This document shows positions 1 to 15,609 of a DNA stretch of 64,000 bases, piece after piece (position 1 is the stretch's first letter; every line of letters starts with the position of its first letter). This DNA is from Eledone cirrhosa (lineage: Eukaryota). Position numbers and translations under genes: made by a program. The notes below the pieces were generated by a model. That model was not told where the DNA came from. It saw only the letters and a program-made list of their open reading frames with translations, and ran no database searches. Location of the stretch: positions 282,720,001 through 282,784,000 of the forward strand of contig OZ024742.1 in the NCBI GenBank assembly GCA_964016885.1, read 5' to 3'.

Positions 1-1442
1 TAGTGGTGGTATTGGTGGTGGTGGTGATGGTAGCTAGTGGTGGTATTGGTGATGGTAGCTAGTGGTGGTATTGGTGGTGGTGATGGTAGCTAGTGGTGGT
101 ATTGGTGATGGTAGCTAGTGGTGGTATTGGTATTGGTGATGGTAGCTAGTGGTGGTATTGGTGGTGGTGATGGTAGCTAGTGGTGGTATTGGTGATGGTG
201 ATGGTAGCTAGTGGTGGTAGCTGGTGGTGGTGATGGTAGCTAGTGGTGGTATTGGTGATGGTAGCTAGTGGTGGTAGCTGGTGGTGGTGATGGTAGCTAG
301 TGGTGGTATTGGTGATGGTAGCTAGTGGTGGTATTGGTGGTGGTGGTGGTAGCTAGTGGTGGTATTGGTGATGGTAGCTAGTGGTGGTAGCTGGTGGTGG
401 TGATGGTAGCTAGTGGTGGTATTGGTGATGGTAGCTAGTGGTGGTATTGGTGGTGGTAGCTAGTGGTGGTATTGGTGGTGGTAGCTAGTGGTGGTATTGG
501 TGGTGGTGATGGTAGCTAGTGTTGGTGTTGGTGGTGGTAGCTAGTGGTGGTATTGGTGGTGGTAGCTAGTGGTGGTATTGGTGGTGGTATTGGTGGTGGT
601 GATGGTAGCTGGTGTTGGTGGTGGTGATGGTAGCTAGTGGTGGTGGTGGTGATGGTAGCTAGTGGTGGTATTGGTGGTGGTAGCTAGTGGTGGTATTGGT
701 GGTGGTAGCTGGTGTTGGTATTGGTGGTGGTGATGGTAGCTAGTGGTGGTATTGGTGATGGTAGCTGGTGGTGGTGATGGTAGCTAGTGGTGGTATTGGT
801 GATGGTAGCTAGTGGTGGTATTGGTGGTGGTAGCTGGTGTTGGTATTGGTGGTGGTGATGGTAGCTAGTGTTGGTGTTGGTGGTGGTAGCTAGTGGTGGT
901 ATTGGTGGTGGTAGCTGGTGTTGGTATTGGTGGTGGTGATGGTAGCTAGTGTTGGTATTGGTGGTGGTAGCTAGTGGTGGTATTGGTGGTGGTAGCTGGT
1001 GTTGGTATTGGTGGTGGTGATGGTAGCTAGTGGTGGTATTGGTGGTGGTAGCTGGTGGTGGTATTGGTGGTGGTAGCTAGTGGTGGTATTGGTGATGGTG
1101 ATGGTAGCTAGTGGTGGTATTGGTGGTGGTAGCTGGTGGTGGTAGCTGGTGTTGGTATTGGTGGTGGTGATGGTAGCTAGTGGTGGTATTGGTGGTGGTA
1201 GCTAGTGGTGGTATTGGTGGTGGTAGCTGGTGTTGGTATTGGTGGTGGTGATGGTAGCTAGTGTTGGTATTGGTGGTGGTAGCTAGTGGTGGTATTGGTG
1301 GTGGTAGCTGGTGTTGGTATTGGTGGTGGTGATGGTAGCTAGTGTTGGTATTGGTGGTGGTAGCTAGTGGTGGTATTGGTGGTGGTAGCTGGTGTTGGTA
1401 TTGGTGGTGGTGATGGTAGCTAGTGTTGGTGTTGGTGGTGGT
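1..1442. repeat. GGT-based degenerate minisatellite (GGTAGCTAGTGGTGGTATTGGT-like units), runs off the window start
   Basis: Tandem variable units built from GGT, GAT, AGC, TAG and ATT triplets. The 137-aa ORF is a repeat read-through. Confidence 0.95.
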
Positions 1443-1734
1443 GTAGTTATATTCAGAAGGATATACAACCAAAGTTGTCCTTAGCGCCATTCGAAATCAG
1501 AATACAAAAAGATTATTGGGTTAATGTTTTTTTTCTAGTTTTCCGCCATTTTATGTTTTATTGTGTGTGTGTGTATCCCCCCCCCCTCCCCCACATTGTT
1601 ACATATTGCTTTTTTATTTGTTACTAATGTTACTGTTATCTATTTCGTTATTAGTTTTAATCTGTGAAACATACTGTTTTGTTATAAATGTTATTACCAT
1701 GAAGTTTTGTTGTTATTGTTGTTACTGTCGTGAG

Positions 1735-2070
1735 GGCACGTCGTTTAGGGGTTAGGGTTTTCGACTCATGATCGTAAGGTAGTAAGTTCGATTATCGGCG
1801 GAGAGTTATGCCCTTGGGCAAGACATTTTATCTCACGTTGATTCAGCCAGTAATTCAAGGGGCCAGTCTTGTTAGAAAAAAAAAAAGAAATTATTTGTAC
1901 CAGTAATTCAAAGGGCCAGTCTTGTCACACGCTGTGTCACACTAAATCTCTCTCAGAACTACGTTAAGGATATACGTGTCTGTGTATGGTTTAGTCACTT
2001 GCATGTTAATTCCACGAGCATTTATCAAACAACTGGAATATTCAATGACTGAACAGACGGCAGTCCAATA
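1735..2070 (+). mobile_element. tRNA-derived SINE, tail type 2 (GTAATTCAAAGGGCCAG...GTTAATTCCACGAG)
   Basis: B-box-like AGTTCGATT, then CCTTGGGCAAGACATTTTAT core. Same body on the minus strand at 3363-3688 and 30575-30740. Confidence 0.75.
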
Positions 2071-2491
2071 CTGTTGACTATTCCGCTATGCTGTTGGAAA
2101 AGAAAGGGCCTATTATCTATATATATATGTATTTGCAATATGGAGGTGAATTGCAAGGGTCAGCTATTCAGCAGTAAATGCGTTCAGCACTTTTTTCATT
2201 TTTGTTTTATTTTGTATTAATTTAAATTTATTGTATTAGATTTTTACAGTTTTATTCTTTAAAATAATGTCAGCAATTTTGTTTGTCTTTTTTTTTTTTC
2301 GGTGGTTTCTTTTATTTCCTTCCCCCACATCATTTGTTTTTCTGTCTTTCTCTCTTTCGTTCACTCTTTCGTTTCGTTCTGTGTAATTCTTCCCTTTCTT
2401 CCTACATAAAGATGTCGAAATTAAAAGTTTTTTTTAAATACAACACAATTGCACACATGCATAAACGAATACACACACACACACATACTTG

Positions 2492-2661
<170 letters not shown>

Positions 2662-3201
2662 CCCTTTGTCCAAATTGCCTGTCTCTATTCACACTCTTCG
2701 TACCCGTTGTCCCTGTTACTTCTCTATACTCCGCTTGGTTATAAAACTTTTAAGAGAAACATTTCATAAGAATTGAAATTAAAAAACAAGGGGAAGTAAT
2801 CATTATAAATTTGATAAAGGTAAAAAAGGAAAAGAAAAACAGTGAACAAGAGAGGAGGAAAAGTGATGTAGAGACGAAGTAGAAGGTAGAGGATAGTGAA
2901 ATAAAGAATCCATATTAAAACTTCCCAAGTGATTGATCGGTTTATAAATTGTAAAAAGAAGAGTCCGTTGTCTGTGTGTTTAAAACATACCTTGTCTTGT
3001 ACTATCACGGTACTTCCATTCTCATTACTATCACCGACTTACATTCTGCTCTCTATACTCTCTATATAACAAATGAATACACACATACGTACAAACATGG
3101 CCGCACGTGTGTTGTGTGTATGCTCACGTATGCATACGCATACACCCATCTTGCCTCCCACTGTCTCTCTGACATTCTCTCACGCATACACTTATATATG
3201 C

Positions 3202-3360
<159 letters not shown>

Positions 3361-3362
3361 AG

Positions 3363-3688
3363 GAAGGCACTCCGTCGGTTATGACGAAGAGTGTTCCAGA
3401 TGATCCGATCAACGGAACCACCTTCTCGTGAAATTAACGTGCATGTGGCTGAATATTCCACAAACACGCGTACCCTTAACGTAGTTATCTGGGAGATTCA
3501 GCGTGACACAGAATATGACAAGGATGGCCATTCGATCTACAGGTACAACTCATATTTGCCAGCTGAGTGGACAGGAACAACGTGAAATAAGGTGCCTTGC
3601 TCAAGGACACAACGCACCGTCTGGAATCGAACTCACGACCTTACGATTGTAACCCGAATACCCTAACCACAAAGCCACGAGATGCGTA
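3363..3688 (-). mobile_element. tRNA-derived SINE, tail type 2
   Basis: Minus strand reads GTGGCTTTGTGGTTAGG (A box), GAGTTCGATTCC (B box), CCTTGAGCAAGGCACC core, then the body shared with 1735-2070. Flanked by TA repeats. Confidence 0.85.
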
Positions 3689-3971
3689 CATATATAGACA
3701 GACTTGCATGAAGATCACAAATCTCTCTACTGTACCCCATAAACGTATATATTTGTTTGTAACACACAGGTGTATCAGTAAGCGACAAAAGGGTACATGG
3801 GTGGCAAGGACTGATTTTTTTTTTTTTTTTTTTTTAAATCCTCATGAGGTATAAATAATCTCAGCAACGTCTTCTCAATCTCACTAACTCTTCTAAAAGA
3901 CATGTATTGCACCACCACGCCTTTAAACATTTACCCGGCATCTATCCGAAAAACCTGTTCAATCCTACCAT

Positions 3972-4168
3972 GGTGGATTGGCAGTATCGGTAGAGGGTCG
4001 GACGCCATGCTTTAAAGCGCAGCAAAGAGTTACGGCCCTTTATGATCTGAGTTCAAATCCCGCCGAGGTTTACTTTGCCTTTCATCCTTACGGGGTCGAT
4101 AAAATAAAGTGCCAGTAATGCACTGGAATAATTGCTGGCCTTGTGCCAAAAGTAGAAACAATTATTTA
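3972..4168 (+). mobile_element. SINE family with GCCTTTCATCCTTACGGGGTCGATAAAATAAAGTACCAG central domain (Meta/Nin-type)
   Basis: A box TGGCAGTATCGG, B box GAGTTCAAATCC, central domain, tail GGCCTTGTGCCAAAAGTAGAAACAATTATT. More than ten related copies in the window. Confidence 0.85.
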
Positions 4169-4409
4169 TTCTATCGCATTTTTGATGTCTTGTCAGCTGT
4201 AATTATATACACCAACAGAATTTCAATGGTGCATTTGCATAGAGGTGTTTTTTGCGTATAAAATAATACATACGGACAAGCACGAGCACTTGTACTCGTA
4301 TACGAATATGTGTGTATTAGGAAGTGCATGTACACAAATTCACACATGATGTATACAGAGCCTTCGAATCTTTTAGTAACGCACGCACACATGCATAAAC
4401 GTGTGTGTT

Positions 4410-6517
<2,108 letters not shown>

Positions 6518-6800
6518 TGTACGCACACACACATAAATAGGAAACATGAAAATAAATGGCCGGGTGTATCTCAAAATGGTGAACCCCAGCATTTTGAGAT
6601 GACAAAGGAATACTACCACATGGAGGGGGCTTTAGTGGAAAAGACCCATCCAACCCATGCAAAAACAGATGTAAAAAGATGCTGTGAACTTATATATACA
6701 TATGTACTGAACTTTCTGCATATATATATGAGCTTCCAACAGTAATGGTTGCATTTTTTAAGGGTATGTCAATATTTATTTATAAAACTGATCTATATTG

Positions 6801-6862
6801 TATTTTGTCTGATGAAAGCCCATAATTTAACGTGGTGTCCTTGAAATATGTATAATAAAATA
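6801..6862 (+). ncRNA. Type I hammerhead ribozyme motif, family A, partly degenerate stem II
   Basis: TATTTTGT-CTGATGA-AAGCCCAT..GTGGTGTCCTT-GAAA-TATGTA-TA/ATAAAATA. Homologous to 21888 and 27432. Confidence 0.65.
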
Positions 6863-6902
6863 AATATGCTTTTATAAATATAGTTTCCATTTGTTAATAT
6901 CG

Positions 6903-6946
<44 letters not shown>

Positions 6947-6989
6947 TGTATCATTGGTGATTGATGCTCTTAAAACACATATAGGTTAT

Positions 6990-7300
6990 GAATGACCAGA
7001 GCATTTTGCACTTTGAAGGTTCCCCCCTGCAAGGCACAAGCCTGGGCAAGGTGTTTTTGTGGAAGACCATCACTTGTCCATCCAGGCCTGCCCCACCTCT
7101 TCATGCCTCCAAAATTGTTCAAGGGAGAGACAAATGCCGATACAGCTTGGCACGAGTAACATCACAACTCCTTTCCAGCTGAGTGAACTTGAGCGACAGT
7201 AAAGTGTCTTGTTCAAAGACACAATGCACCACCCAATCCAGAAATTGAAGCTACAACTTCGTGATTGTAAATCCAGTGCTCTAGCCACTAAACCATGTGA
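6990..7300 (-). mobile_element. Degenerate tRNA-derived SINE, tail type 3
   Basis: Minus-strand head ATGGTTTAGTGGCTAGAGCAC plus core. Body similar to 56075-56410. Confidence 0.7.
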
Positions 7301-7358
7301 CTTCACCTGGGTTGGATGGGCTTTTTCCAGCAATTTTCCTTCATTCTCTTACTCTCTC

Positions 7359-7418
<60 letters not shown>

Positions 7419-7559
7419 GCACACGCACACGCACACACACACATATAATAAGGAAAAGCGAAGTAGTTTTTCCTTTTCCTTATTCTATATTTATTCCGTC
7501 ACTCCTATGTGGAAAAAGTACGTTGAGTGCTTGAATTGAATTGCATCAATATTTACCCT

Positions 7560-7626
<67 letters not shown>

Positions 7627-7836
7627 TGAGCAAAACACTTCATTTCAGACTACTCCCTTTTCTGTCAGGAGTTGTGATTGGTAGATAAGATCAGCAACAG
7701 AAAGACGAATGGACTCATGGCTTCTTTAGTTCAATGTGACAATGTATAGTAATGTTTTCATTACTATATAACAATATATTTACACACAGACAATATCACA
7801 TGTATATATATACATATATATATATTGATTGATTGA

Positions 7837-7900
<64 letters not shown>

Positions 7901-8083
7901 ATTGATATATATACTTGGTCACCGCCTTCTCCCTCCCTGAACTCACAACTAAATATGTAATAAGACTAATGATAATCAATCACACAGTAGTGTAGATAAA
8001 TAACATGCTATCTACTGTGATATATATGACTGCTGTCCAACCTGATGCGTGTGTGTGTGTATAATGTATATAATATATATATA

Positions 8084-8126
<43 letters not shown>

Positions 8127-8151
8127 GTATATGTATGTATGTATGTATATA

Positions 8152-8187
<36 letters not shown>

Positions 8188-8210
8188 TGTATGTATACGT
8201 ATACATTTAT

Positions 8211-8450
8211 TGGCTGAGTGGTTAGAGAATTGGATTTGCATTCGTGAGGTTGTGATTTCGATCCCCAGACGGTTATGTCCTTGAGTATGACACTTTATTT
8301 CATGTTGCTCCTTCTGCCTGAATTTGCAACCGATAGATAGTATTAGCAATTGGAAAGACCAATGGAAACATTGTTTCTTCAGTCCGATTTGACGAGCTCC
8401 AGCCCAGTCGTTAAGCAAATGTGGTCGGGGATCTAGTCAATCAGTTGTTG
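8211..8450 (+). mobile_element. tRNA-derived SINE, tail type 4
   Basis: TGGCTGAGTGGTTAG head, CCTTGAGTATGACACTTTATTTC core. Tail CCGATAGATAGTATTA..GAAAGACCAA..CCGATTTGACGA is also at 58400-58545. Confidence 0.75.
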
Positions 8451-8626
8451 ATACATATATAAATATATATATACATTAGAAATATAAGTTATCGCCGTAT
8501 TTTAACTAAAGAAATTAAAGAAATTATTTAGCATGATAGTGGGTTAGTCAAAATACGGCGATAGCTTATATTTCTAATTTCAAACTTGCTCGCTGTTTCG
8601 AAATATTCTTACTATATATATATATA

Positions 8627-8860
8627 TATTTGGTTGGACAGAAAGTGCTCACTGATTTTCAAAATGAATTCTTTGCCTTGAAGCCAGAAGTATTCTACAG
8701 GGTTGGAATCATGTGCCTTCCTAAATGATGGCAGATGGCAATCGCAAATGATGGTGATTATTTAGACTTGTAAAATTTTCCTAATGTTAAAACTTGCCAA
8801 AGTCAATAAAATTTTGAAAAGCAGCAAGAACTTTCTATTGAAAAGCAGCAAGAACTTTCT
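8627..8860 (+). mobile_element. Internally deleted mariner remnant
   Basis: After (TA)n: TIR-like TTTGGTTGGACAGAAAGT. 8663-8773 translates to NEFFALKPEVFYRVGIMCLPK*WQMAIANDGDYLDL, matching the mariner transposase C-terminus (FYxxGIxxLPxRWQxxIxxDGDY). Confidence 0.8.
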
Positions 8861-8897
8861 AATGTGTGTGTGCATGTACATCTGTATAGATATATAT

Positions 8898-8984
<87 letters not shown>

Positions 8985-9630
8985 GTATGTAGGTCAATCA
9001 AATGATGTTAAATAATACATAGACAATCCATTCTGTTTGAAAGAATTTACTATATAGTATTCTCACAAAATCATCTCAATATAGCTATAAGCTATAAACC
9101 ATGTGATATCCATATCTGACCTCTTGCTTCATTTCTCGGGCCATTTATAATCAATTATGTTGTATAATAATGATTTCTTTATTAGCCACAAGAACTTGTA
9201 CATTGACTATAATTAACGTTATAAACATAGAGGTTACAATATATATAGGGCTGAAGCAATAAAATTATATATTAATAAGGTCAAGGTCAAGGACGTTACA
9301 CAGAAGATACATTGAAATGTTATAAAACATCAAATAAATATAAAGTCATTATAAAACTCGTGATAATTAACACAAGATATGATGCATAACATGAAAAACA
9401 TGTTTGGGTTGGTTATCCACACTCACACATGAATGGGAACGCATTAGTTAAGTTGCAAGCATAATTGCATTGTCCCTCTTTCTAAAAACTTGGATTAAAT
9501 GATATTTCTGAAGTTATCTCCCTTGACAGTAGTTTCTTGTCTTCAAATTGCCAAGCTAATCTTAGCTAATTGAAGTTTTCTCAGCTCACTACATTTCATA
9601 TGAGAAACTATATCATACTTTTACAGCTAT

Positions 9631-9689
<59 letters not shown>

Positions 9690-9721
9690 GTGTGCATATA
9701 TATGTAATATGAATGTATGTA

Positions 9722-9768
<47 letters not shown>

Positions 9769-10138
9769 TAATGATGATATATATATATTGTATGTGCTAT
9801 GCAATCAGATGTAGTTAGATAATGCAGACGTTGTAATCTATGTGTGATATCCTGCTTCATTTCCTGGCTCAGTTTGTAAATTATTTATGATGTGTAATGT
9901 ATGATATAGTTAGCTTAATGTTGTATTGCTGTAGTGTTAGATAAATGGTATACCGTATACAATCTGATATGTATCATTTGCTAACCTATCTGCTGTATGT
10001 ATATATGTCTGTGTGTATTTATATATATACGTATATATATATATATATTGTAAAGAGTTCGTACCCAACGGCTGAGCTCTTTCCATTTTGTTCTTGTGTG
10101 TTTCATATGATACACACACACATAAAACAAGCAGCATT

Positions 10139-10320
10139 TTAAAGCCATTTTCTCTTCAGCCATGGCCATCTAGATACGGTCTTCGCTCCTTCCATATTGT
10201 TTTTGATGGCTTGCCTGTTGCTTGTTCCCATTATGCCCAGAGTTTTGTAAGCTTTGCTGCGGGAACAAGTGGCAGAACCTAAGCTACCAACCTCTACTGG
10301 CATGCGTCTGGTCCTTCCCT
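10139..10320 (-). mobile_element. 3' fragment of a restriction-like-endonuclease non-LTR retrotransposon (Hero-like)
   Basis: Translation RMPVEVGSLG...AYKTLGIMG...RQAI...AKTVSRWPWLKR resembles the Hero C-terminal pattern PVEVGCRG...ASRWLWxKR (recalled, not aligned). Confidence 0.65.
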
Positions 10321-10353
10321 TCAGATACATAGACACATACATATGTATGTACT

Positions 10354-10419
<66 letters not shown>

Positions 10420-10779
10420 TACACACACACATACACACACACACACACACACATACATACATACATACATACATACATACATACATACATACATACATAC
10501 ATACATACATACATACATACATACATACATACATACATACATTTTCATAATCAACATAACTTTTAGGTAATATAGGTAGAATAAAAGTGTGATATACCAG
10601 ATACATCAGTCCAGTCCAGTCAAGTAATGATATCAAGCTATTTATATTGTGTGATATCTAATCTCATATAAATACATTGAATCTAAGAGTTTGCTGCGAA
10701 CAGTTAACACTTCTCACTTCCAATTTGGTTTTCCTATTCTGAAATTGCAAAAGATAATAAGTCAAAAGAAAAAACGATC

Positions 10780-10910
10780 TATCAACAATATGGGTGTGTG
10801 GTTCCAAGTTCCATCCCACTGCCAGGCACCTTGGGTATATATCGCTTACTATAGCCTTCAGTTCACCAATGACATATGTGGAACTTGGGAGACAGTCTGC
10901 CTGAGTCCAT

Positions 10911-10992
<82 letters not shown>

Positions 10993-11330
10993 ACCGTTTT
11001 TACCTTTGTGTATGTGACTGTGTTTATGTCCTGTAACTTTGTAGTTTAACAAAAATAGTTTGATAAAGTAAGTACCAGACTTGAAAAACGAAAAAAAATT
11101 GTACTGGAGTTGATGTGATTCACTAAATCAAGGAATCAAGGCAGTGCCCCTGCATGGTCTCAATTCAGTTATAGACTAAATCAATGTTGCACTCCAGTAT
11201 GGTCTCAGTTCAGTCAGTGACTAAATCAAAACAGTGCCCTAGCATGTTCTCAGTTCAGTAATTGACTAAATCAGGGCAGTGCCCCGGCATGGTCTCAGTC
11301 CAATGAGTGAAACGTGTGAAAGAATAAAAG
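10780..11330 (+). mobile_element. Degenerate SINE with internal (TA)(TG) microsatellite and four-fold duplicated 3' tail
   Basis: GGTTCCAAGTTCC head and CACCTTGGG core. Tail unit CAGTGCCCCxGCATGGTCTCAGTTCAGT..GACTAAATCA repeated about four times at 11140-11310. Related tail at 24250-24425. Confidence 0.65.
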
Positions 11331-11675
11331 AAAGTAAAATAATCTATATAATTTGGAAATGCTGGTTGTGGCAAGTGTGGTGAGAGCGGATCCAAAGACC
11401 CAGTCTTTGGTGACGAGGCAACAGTACTTATAATAAATGAGTAAATAAAAATATCCAATCTTCCTTGTCGACATATATAATAAATAATATCTGTTGATGG
11501 ATATATCTAGTGTAGAACATTGGTAGACATAATGGACGTTGTTGGACAAGGAGGACATATCCATTATTTCCCTTGTGTATCACTTTCTAATTTGCTGAAG
11601 CAATGCAATCTTTCCTGTAGTAGTGGACTGGTTTGTTTCTCTAGAGGTAGATGTATTTTGTTTATGGTTACTTGT

Positions 11676-14600
11676 GATGGTGGTGGTTGTAGTAGAGGTG
11701 GAGATGGTGGTGGTTGTAGTAGAGGTGGAGATGGTGGTGGTTGTAGTAGAGGTGGAGATGGTGGTGGTTGTAATAGAGGTGGAGATGGTGGTGGTTGTAG
11801 TAGAGGTGGAGATGGTGGTGGTTGTAATAGAGGTGTAGATGGTGGTGGTTGTAGTAGAGGTGGAGATGGTGGTGGTTGTAGTAGAGGTGGAGATGGTGGT
11901 GGTTGTAGTAGAGGTGGAGATGGTGGTGGTGGTTGTAGTAGAGGTGGAGATGGTGGTGGTTGTAGTAGAGGTGGAGATGGTGGTGGTTGTAGTAGAGGTG
12001 GAGATGGTGGTGGTTGTAGTAGAGGTGGAGATGGTGGTGGTTGTAGTAGAGGTGGAGATGGTGGTGGTTGTAGTAGAGGTGGAGATGGTGGTGGTGGTTG
12101 TAGTAGAGGTGGAGATGGTGGTGGTTGTAGTAGAGGTGGAGATGGTGGTGGTTGTAGTAGAGGTGGAGATGGTGGTGGTTGTAGTAGAGGTGGAGATGGT
12201 GGTGGTTGTAGTAGAGGTGGAGATGGTGGTGGTTGTAGTAGAGGTGGAGATGGGGGTGGTTGTAGTAGAGGTGGAGATGGTGGTGGTTGTAGTAGAGGTG
12301 GAGATGGTGGTGGTTGTAATAGAGGTGGAGATGGTGGTGGTTGTAGTAGAGGTGGAGATGGGGGTGGTTGTAGTAGAGGTGGAGATGGTGGTGGTGGTTG
12401 TAGTAGAGGTGGAGATGGTGGTGGTTGTAGTAGAGGTGGAGATGGTGGTGGTTGTAGGAGAGGTGGAGATGGTGGTGGTTGTAGTAGAGGTGGAGATGGG
12501 GGTGGTTGTAGTAGAGGTGGAGATGGTGGTGGTTGTAGTAGAGGTGGAGATGGTGGTGGTTGTAATAGAGGTGGAGATGGTGGTGGTTGTAGTAGAGGTG
12601 GAGATGGGGGTGGTTGTAGTAGAGGTGGAGATGGTGGTGGTTGTAGTAGAGGTGGAGATGGTGGTGGTTGTAGTAGAGGTGGAGATGGTGGTGGTTGTAG
12701 TAGAGGTGGAGATGGTGGTGGTTGTAGTAGAGGTAGAGATGGTGGTGGTTGTAGTAGAGGTGGAGATGGTGGTGGTTGTAGTAGAGGTGGAGATGGTGGT
12801 GGTTGTAGTAGAGGTGGAGATGGTGGTGGTTGTAGTAGAGGTGGTGATGGTGGTGGTTGTAGTAGAGGTGGAGATGGTGGTGGTTGTAGTAGAGGTGGAG
12901 ATGGTGGTGGTTGTAGTAGAGGTGGAGATGGTGGTGGTTGTAGTAGAGGTGGTGATGGTGGTGGTTGTAGTAGAGGTGGTGATGGTGGTGGTTGTAATAG
13001 AGGTGGTGATGGTGGTGGTTGTAGTAGAGGTGGAGATGCTGGTGGTTGTAGTAGAGGTGGAGATGGTGGTGGTTGTAGTAGAGGTGGAGATGGTGGTGGT
13101 TGTAGTAGAGGTGGAGATGGTGGTGGTTGTAGTAGAGGTGGAGATGGTGGTGGTTGTAGTAGAGGTGGAGATGGTGGTGGTTGTAGTAGAGGTGGTGATG
13201 GTGGTGGTTGTAGTAGAGGTGGTGATGGTGGTGGTTGTAATAGAGGTGGTGATGGTGGTGGTTGTAGTAGAGGTGGAGATGCTGGTGGTTGTAGTAGAGG
13301 TGGAGATGGTGGTGGTTGTAGTAGAGGTGGAGATGGTGGTGGTTGTAGTAGAGGTGGAGATGGTGGTGGTTGTAGTAGAGGTGGTGATGGTGGTGGTTGT
13401 AGTAGAGGTGGTGATGGTGGTGGTTGTAATAGAGGTGGTGATGGTGGTGGTTGTAGTAGAGGTGGAGATGCTGGTGGTTGTAGTAGAGGTGGAGATGGTG
13501 GTGGTTGTAGTAGAGGTGGAGATGGTGGTGGTTGTAGTAGAGGTGGAGATGGTGGTGGTTGTAGTAGAGGTGGAGATGGTGGTGGTTGTAGTAGAGGTGG
13601 TGATGGTGGTGGTTGTAGTAGAGGTGGTGATGGTGGTGGTTGTAATAGAGGTGGTGATGGTGGTGGTTGTAGTAGAGGTGGAGATGCTGGTGGTTGTAGT
13701 AGAGGTGGAGATGGTGGTGGTTGTAGTAGAGGTGGAGATGGTGGTGGTTGTAGTAGAGGTGGAGATGGTGGTGGTTGTAGTAGAGGTGGAGATGGTGGTG
13801 GTTGTAGTAGAGGTGGAGATGGTGGTGGTTGTAGTAGAGGTGGAGATGGTGGTGGTTGTAGTAGAGGTGGTGATGGTGGTGGTTGTAATAGAGGTGGAGA
13901 TGGTGGTGGTTGTAGTAGAGGTGGAGATGGTGGTGGTTGTAGTAGAGGTGGAGATGGTGGTGGTTGTAGTAGAGGTGGAGATGGTGGTGGTTGTAGTAGA
14001 GGTGGAGATGGTGGTGGTTGTAGTAGAGGTGGAGATGGTGGTGGTTGTAGTAGAGGTGGAGATGGTGGTGGTTGTAGTAGAGGTGGAGATGGTGGTGGTT
14101 GTAGTAGAGGTGGTGATGGTGGTGGTTGTAATAGAGGTGGAGATGGTGGTGGTTGTAGTAGAGGTGGAGATGGTGGTGGTTGTAGTAGAGGTGGAGATGG
14201 TGGTGGTTGTAGTAGAGGTGGAGATGGTGGTGGTTGTAGTAGAGGTGGAGATGGTGGTGGTTGTAGTAGAGGTGGAGATGGTGGTGGTTGTAGTAGAGGT
14301 GGAGATGGTGGTGGTTGTAGTAGAGGTGGAGATGGTGGTGGTTGTAGTAGAGGTGGAGATGGTGGTGGTTGTAGTAGAGGTGGAGATGGTGGTGGTTGTA
14401 GTAGAGGTGGAGATGGTGGTGGTTGTAGTAGAGGTGGTGATGGTGGTGGTTGTAGTAGAGGTGGAGATGGTGGTGGTTGTAGTAGAGGTGGAGATGGTGG
14501 TGGTTGTAGTAGAGGTGGAGATGGTGGTGGTTGTAGTAGAGGTGGAGATGGTGGTGGTTGTAGTAGAGGTGGTGATGGTGGTGGTTGTAGTAGAGGTGTA

Positions 14601-15510
14601 GATGGTGGTGGTTGTAGTAGAGGTGGAGATGGTGGTGGTTGTAGTAGAGGTGGAGATGGTGGTGGTTGTAGTAGAGGTCGAGATGGTGGTGGTTGTAGTA
14701 GAGGTGGAGATGGTGGTGGTTGTAATAGAGGTGGTGATGGTGGTGGTTGTAGTAGAGGTGGGGATGGTGGTGGTTGTAGTAGAGGTGGAGATGGTGATGG
14801 TTGTAATAGAGGTGGTGATGGTGGTGGTTGTAGTAGAGGTGGTGATGGTGGTGGTTGTAGTAGAGGTGGTGATGGTGGTGGTTGTAGTAGAGGTGGTGAT
14901 GGTGGTGGTTGTAGTAGAGGTGGAGATGGTGGTGGTTGTAATAGAGGTGGAGATGGTGGTGGTTGTAGTAGAGGTAGTGATGGTGATGGTTGTAGTAGAG
15001 GTGGAGATGGTGGTGGTTGTAATAGAGGTGGTGATGGTGGTGGTTGTAGTAGAGGTGGAGATGGTGGTGGTTGTACTAGAGGTGGTGATGGTGGTGGTTG
15101 TAGTAGAGGTGGAGATGGTGGTGGTTGTAGTAGAGGTGGTGATGGTGGTGGTTGTAATAGAGGTGGAGATGGTGGTGGTTGTAATAGAGGTGGAGATGGT
15201 GGTGGTTGTAGTAGAGGTGGAGATGGAGGTGGTTGTAGTAGAGGTGGTGATGGTGGTGGTTGTAGTAGAGGTGGTGATGGTGGTGGTTGTAATAGAGGTG
15301 GAGATGGTGGTGGTTGTAGTAGAGGTGGTGATGGTGGTGGTTGTAGTAGAGGTGGAGATGGTGGTGGTTGTAGTAGAGGTGGAGATGGTGGTGGTTGTAG
15401 TAGAGGTGGAGATGGTGGTGGTTGTAGTAGAGGTGGAGATGGTGGTGGTTGTAGTAGAGGTGGAGATGGTGGTGGTTGTAGTAGAGGTGGAGATGGTGGT
15501 GGTTGTATAG
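11676..15510. repeat. 27-bp minisatellite (GATGGTGGTGGTTGTAGTAGAGGTGGA), about 140 copies
   Basis: Highly homogeneous tandem array. It generates the 1368-, 1345- and 920-aa pseudo-ORFs. Confidence 0.98.
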
Positions 15511-15609
15511 TGGAGGTGGTTGTAGTGGAGTTGGGGATGAGGATGATGCTGGCAATGCTGGCAGAAAAGGTGGTGGTGATGAGAACAATAACAATAGTGA
15601 TGATGATAT

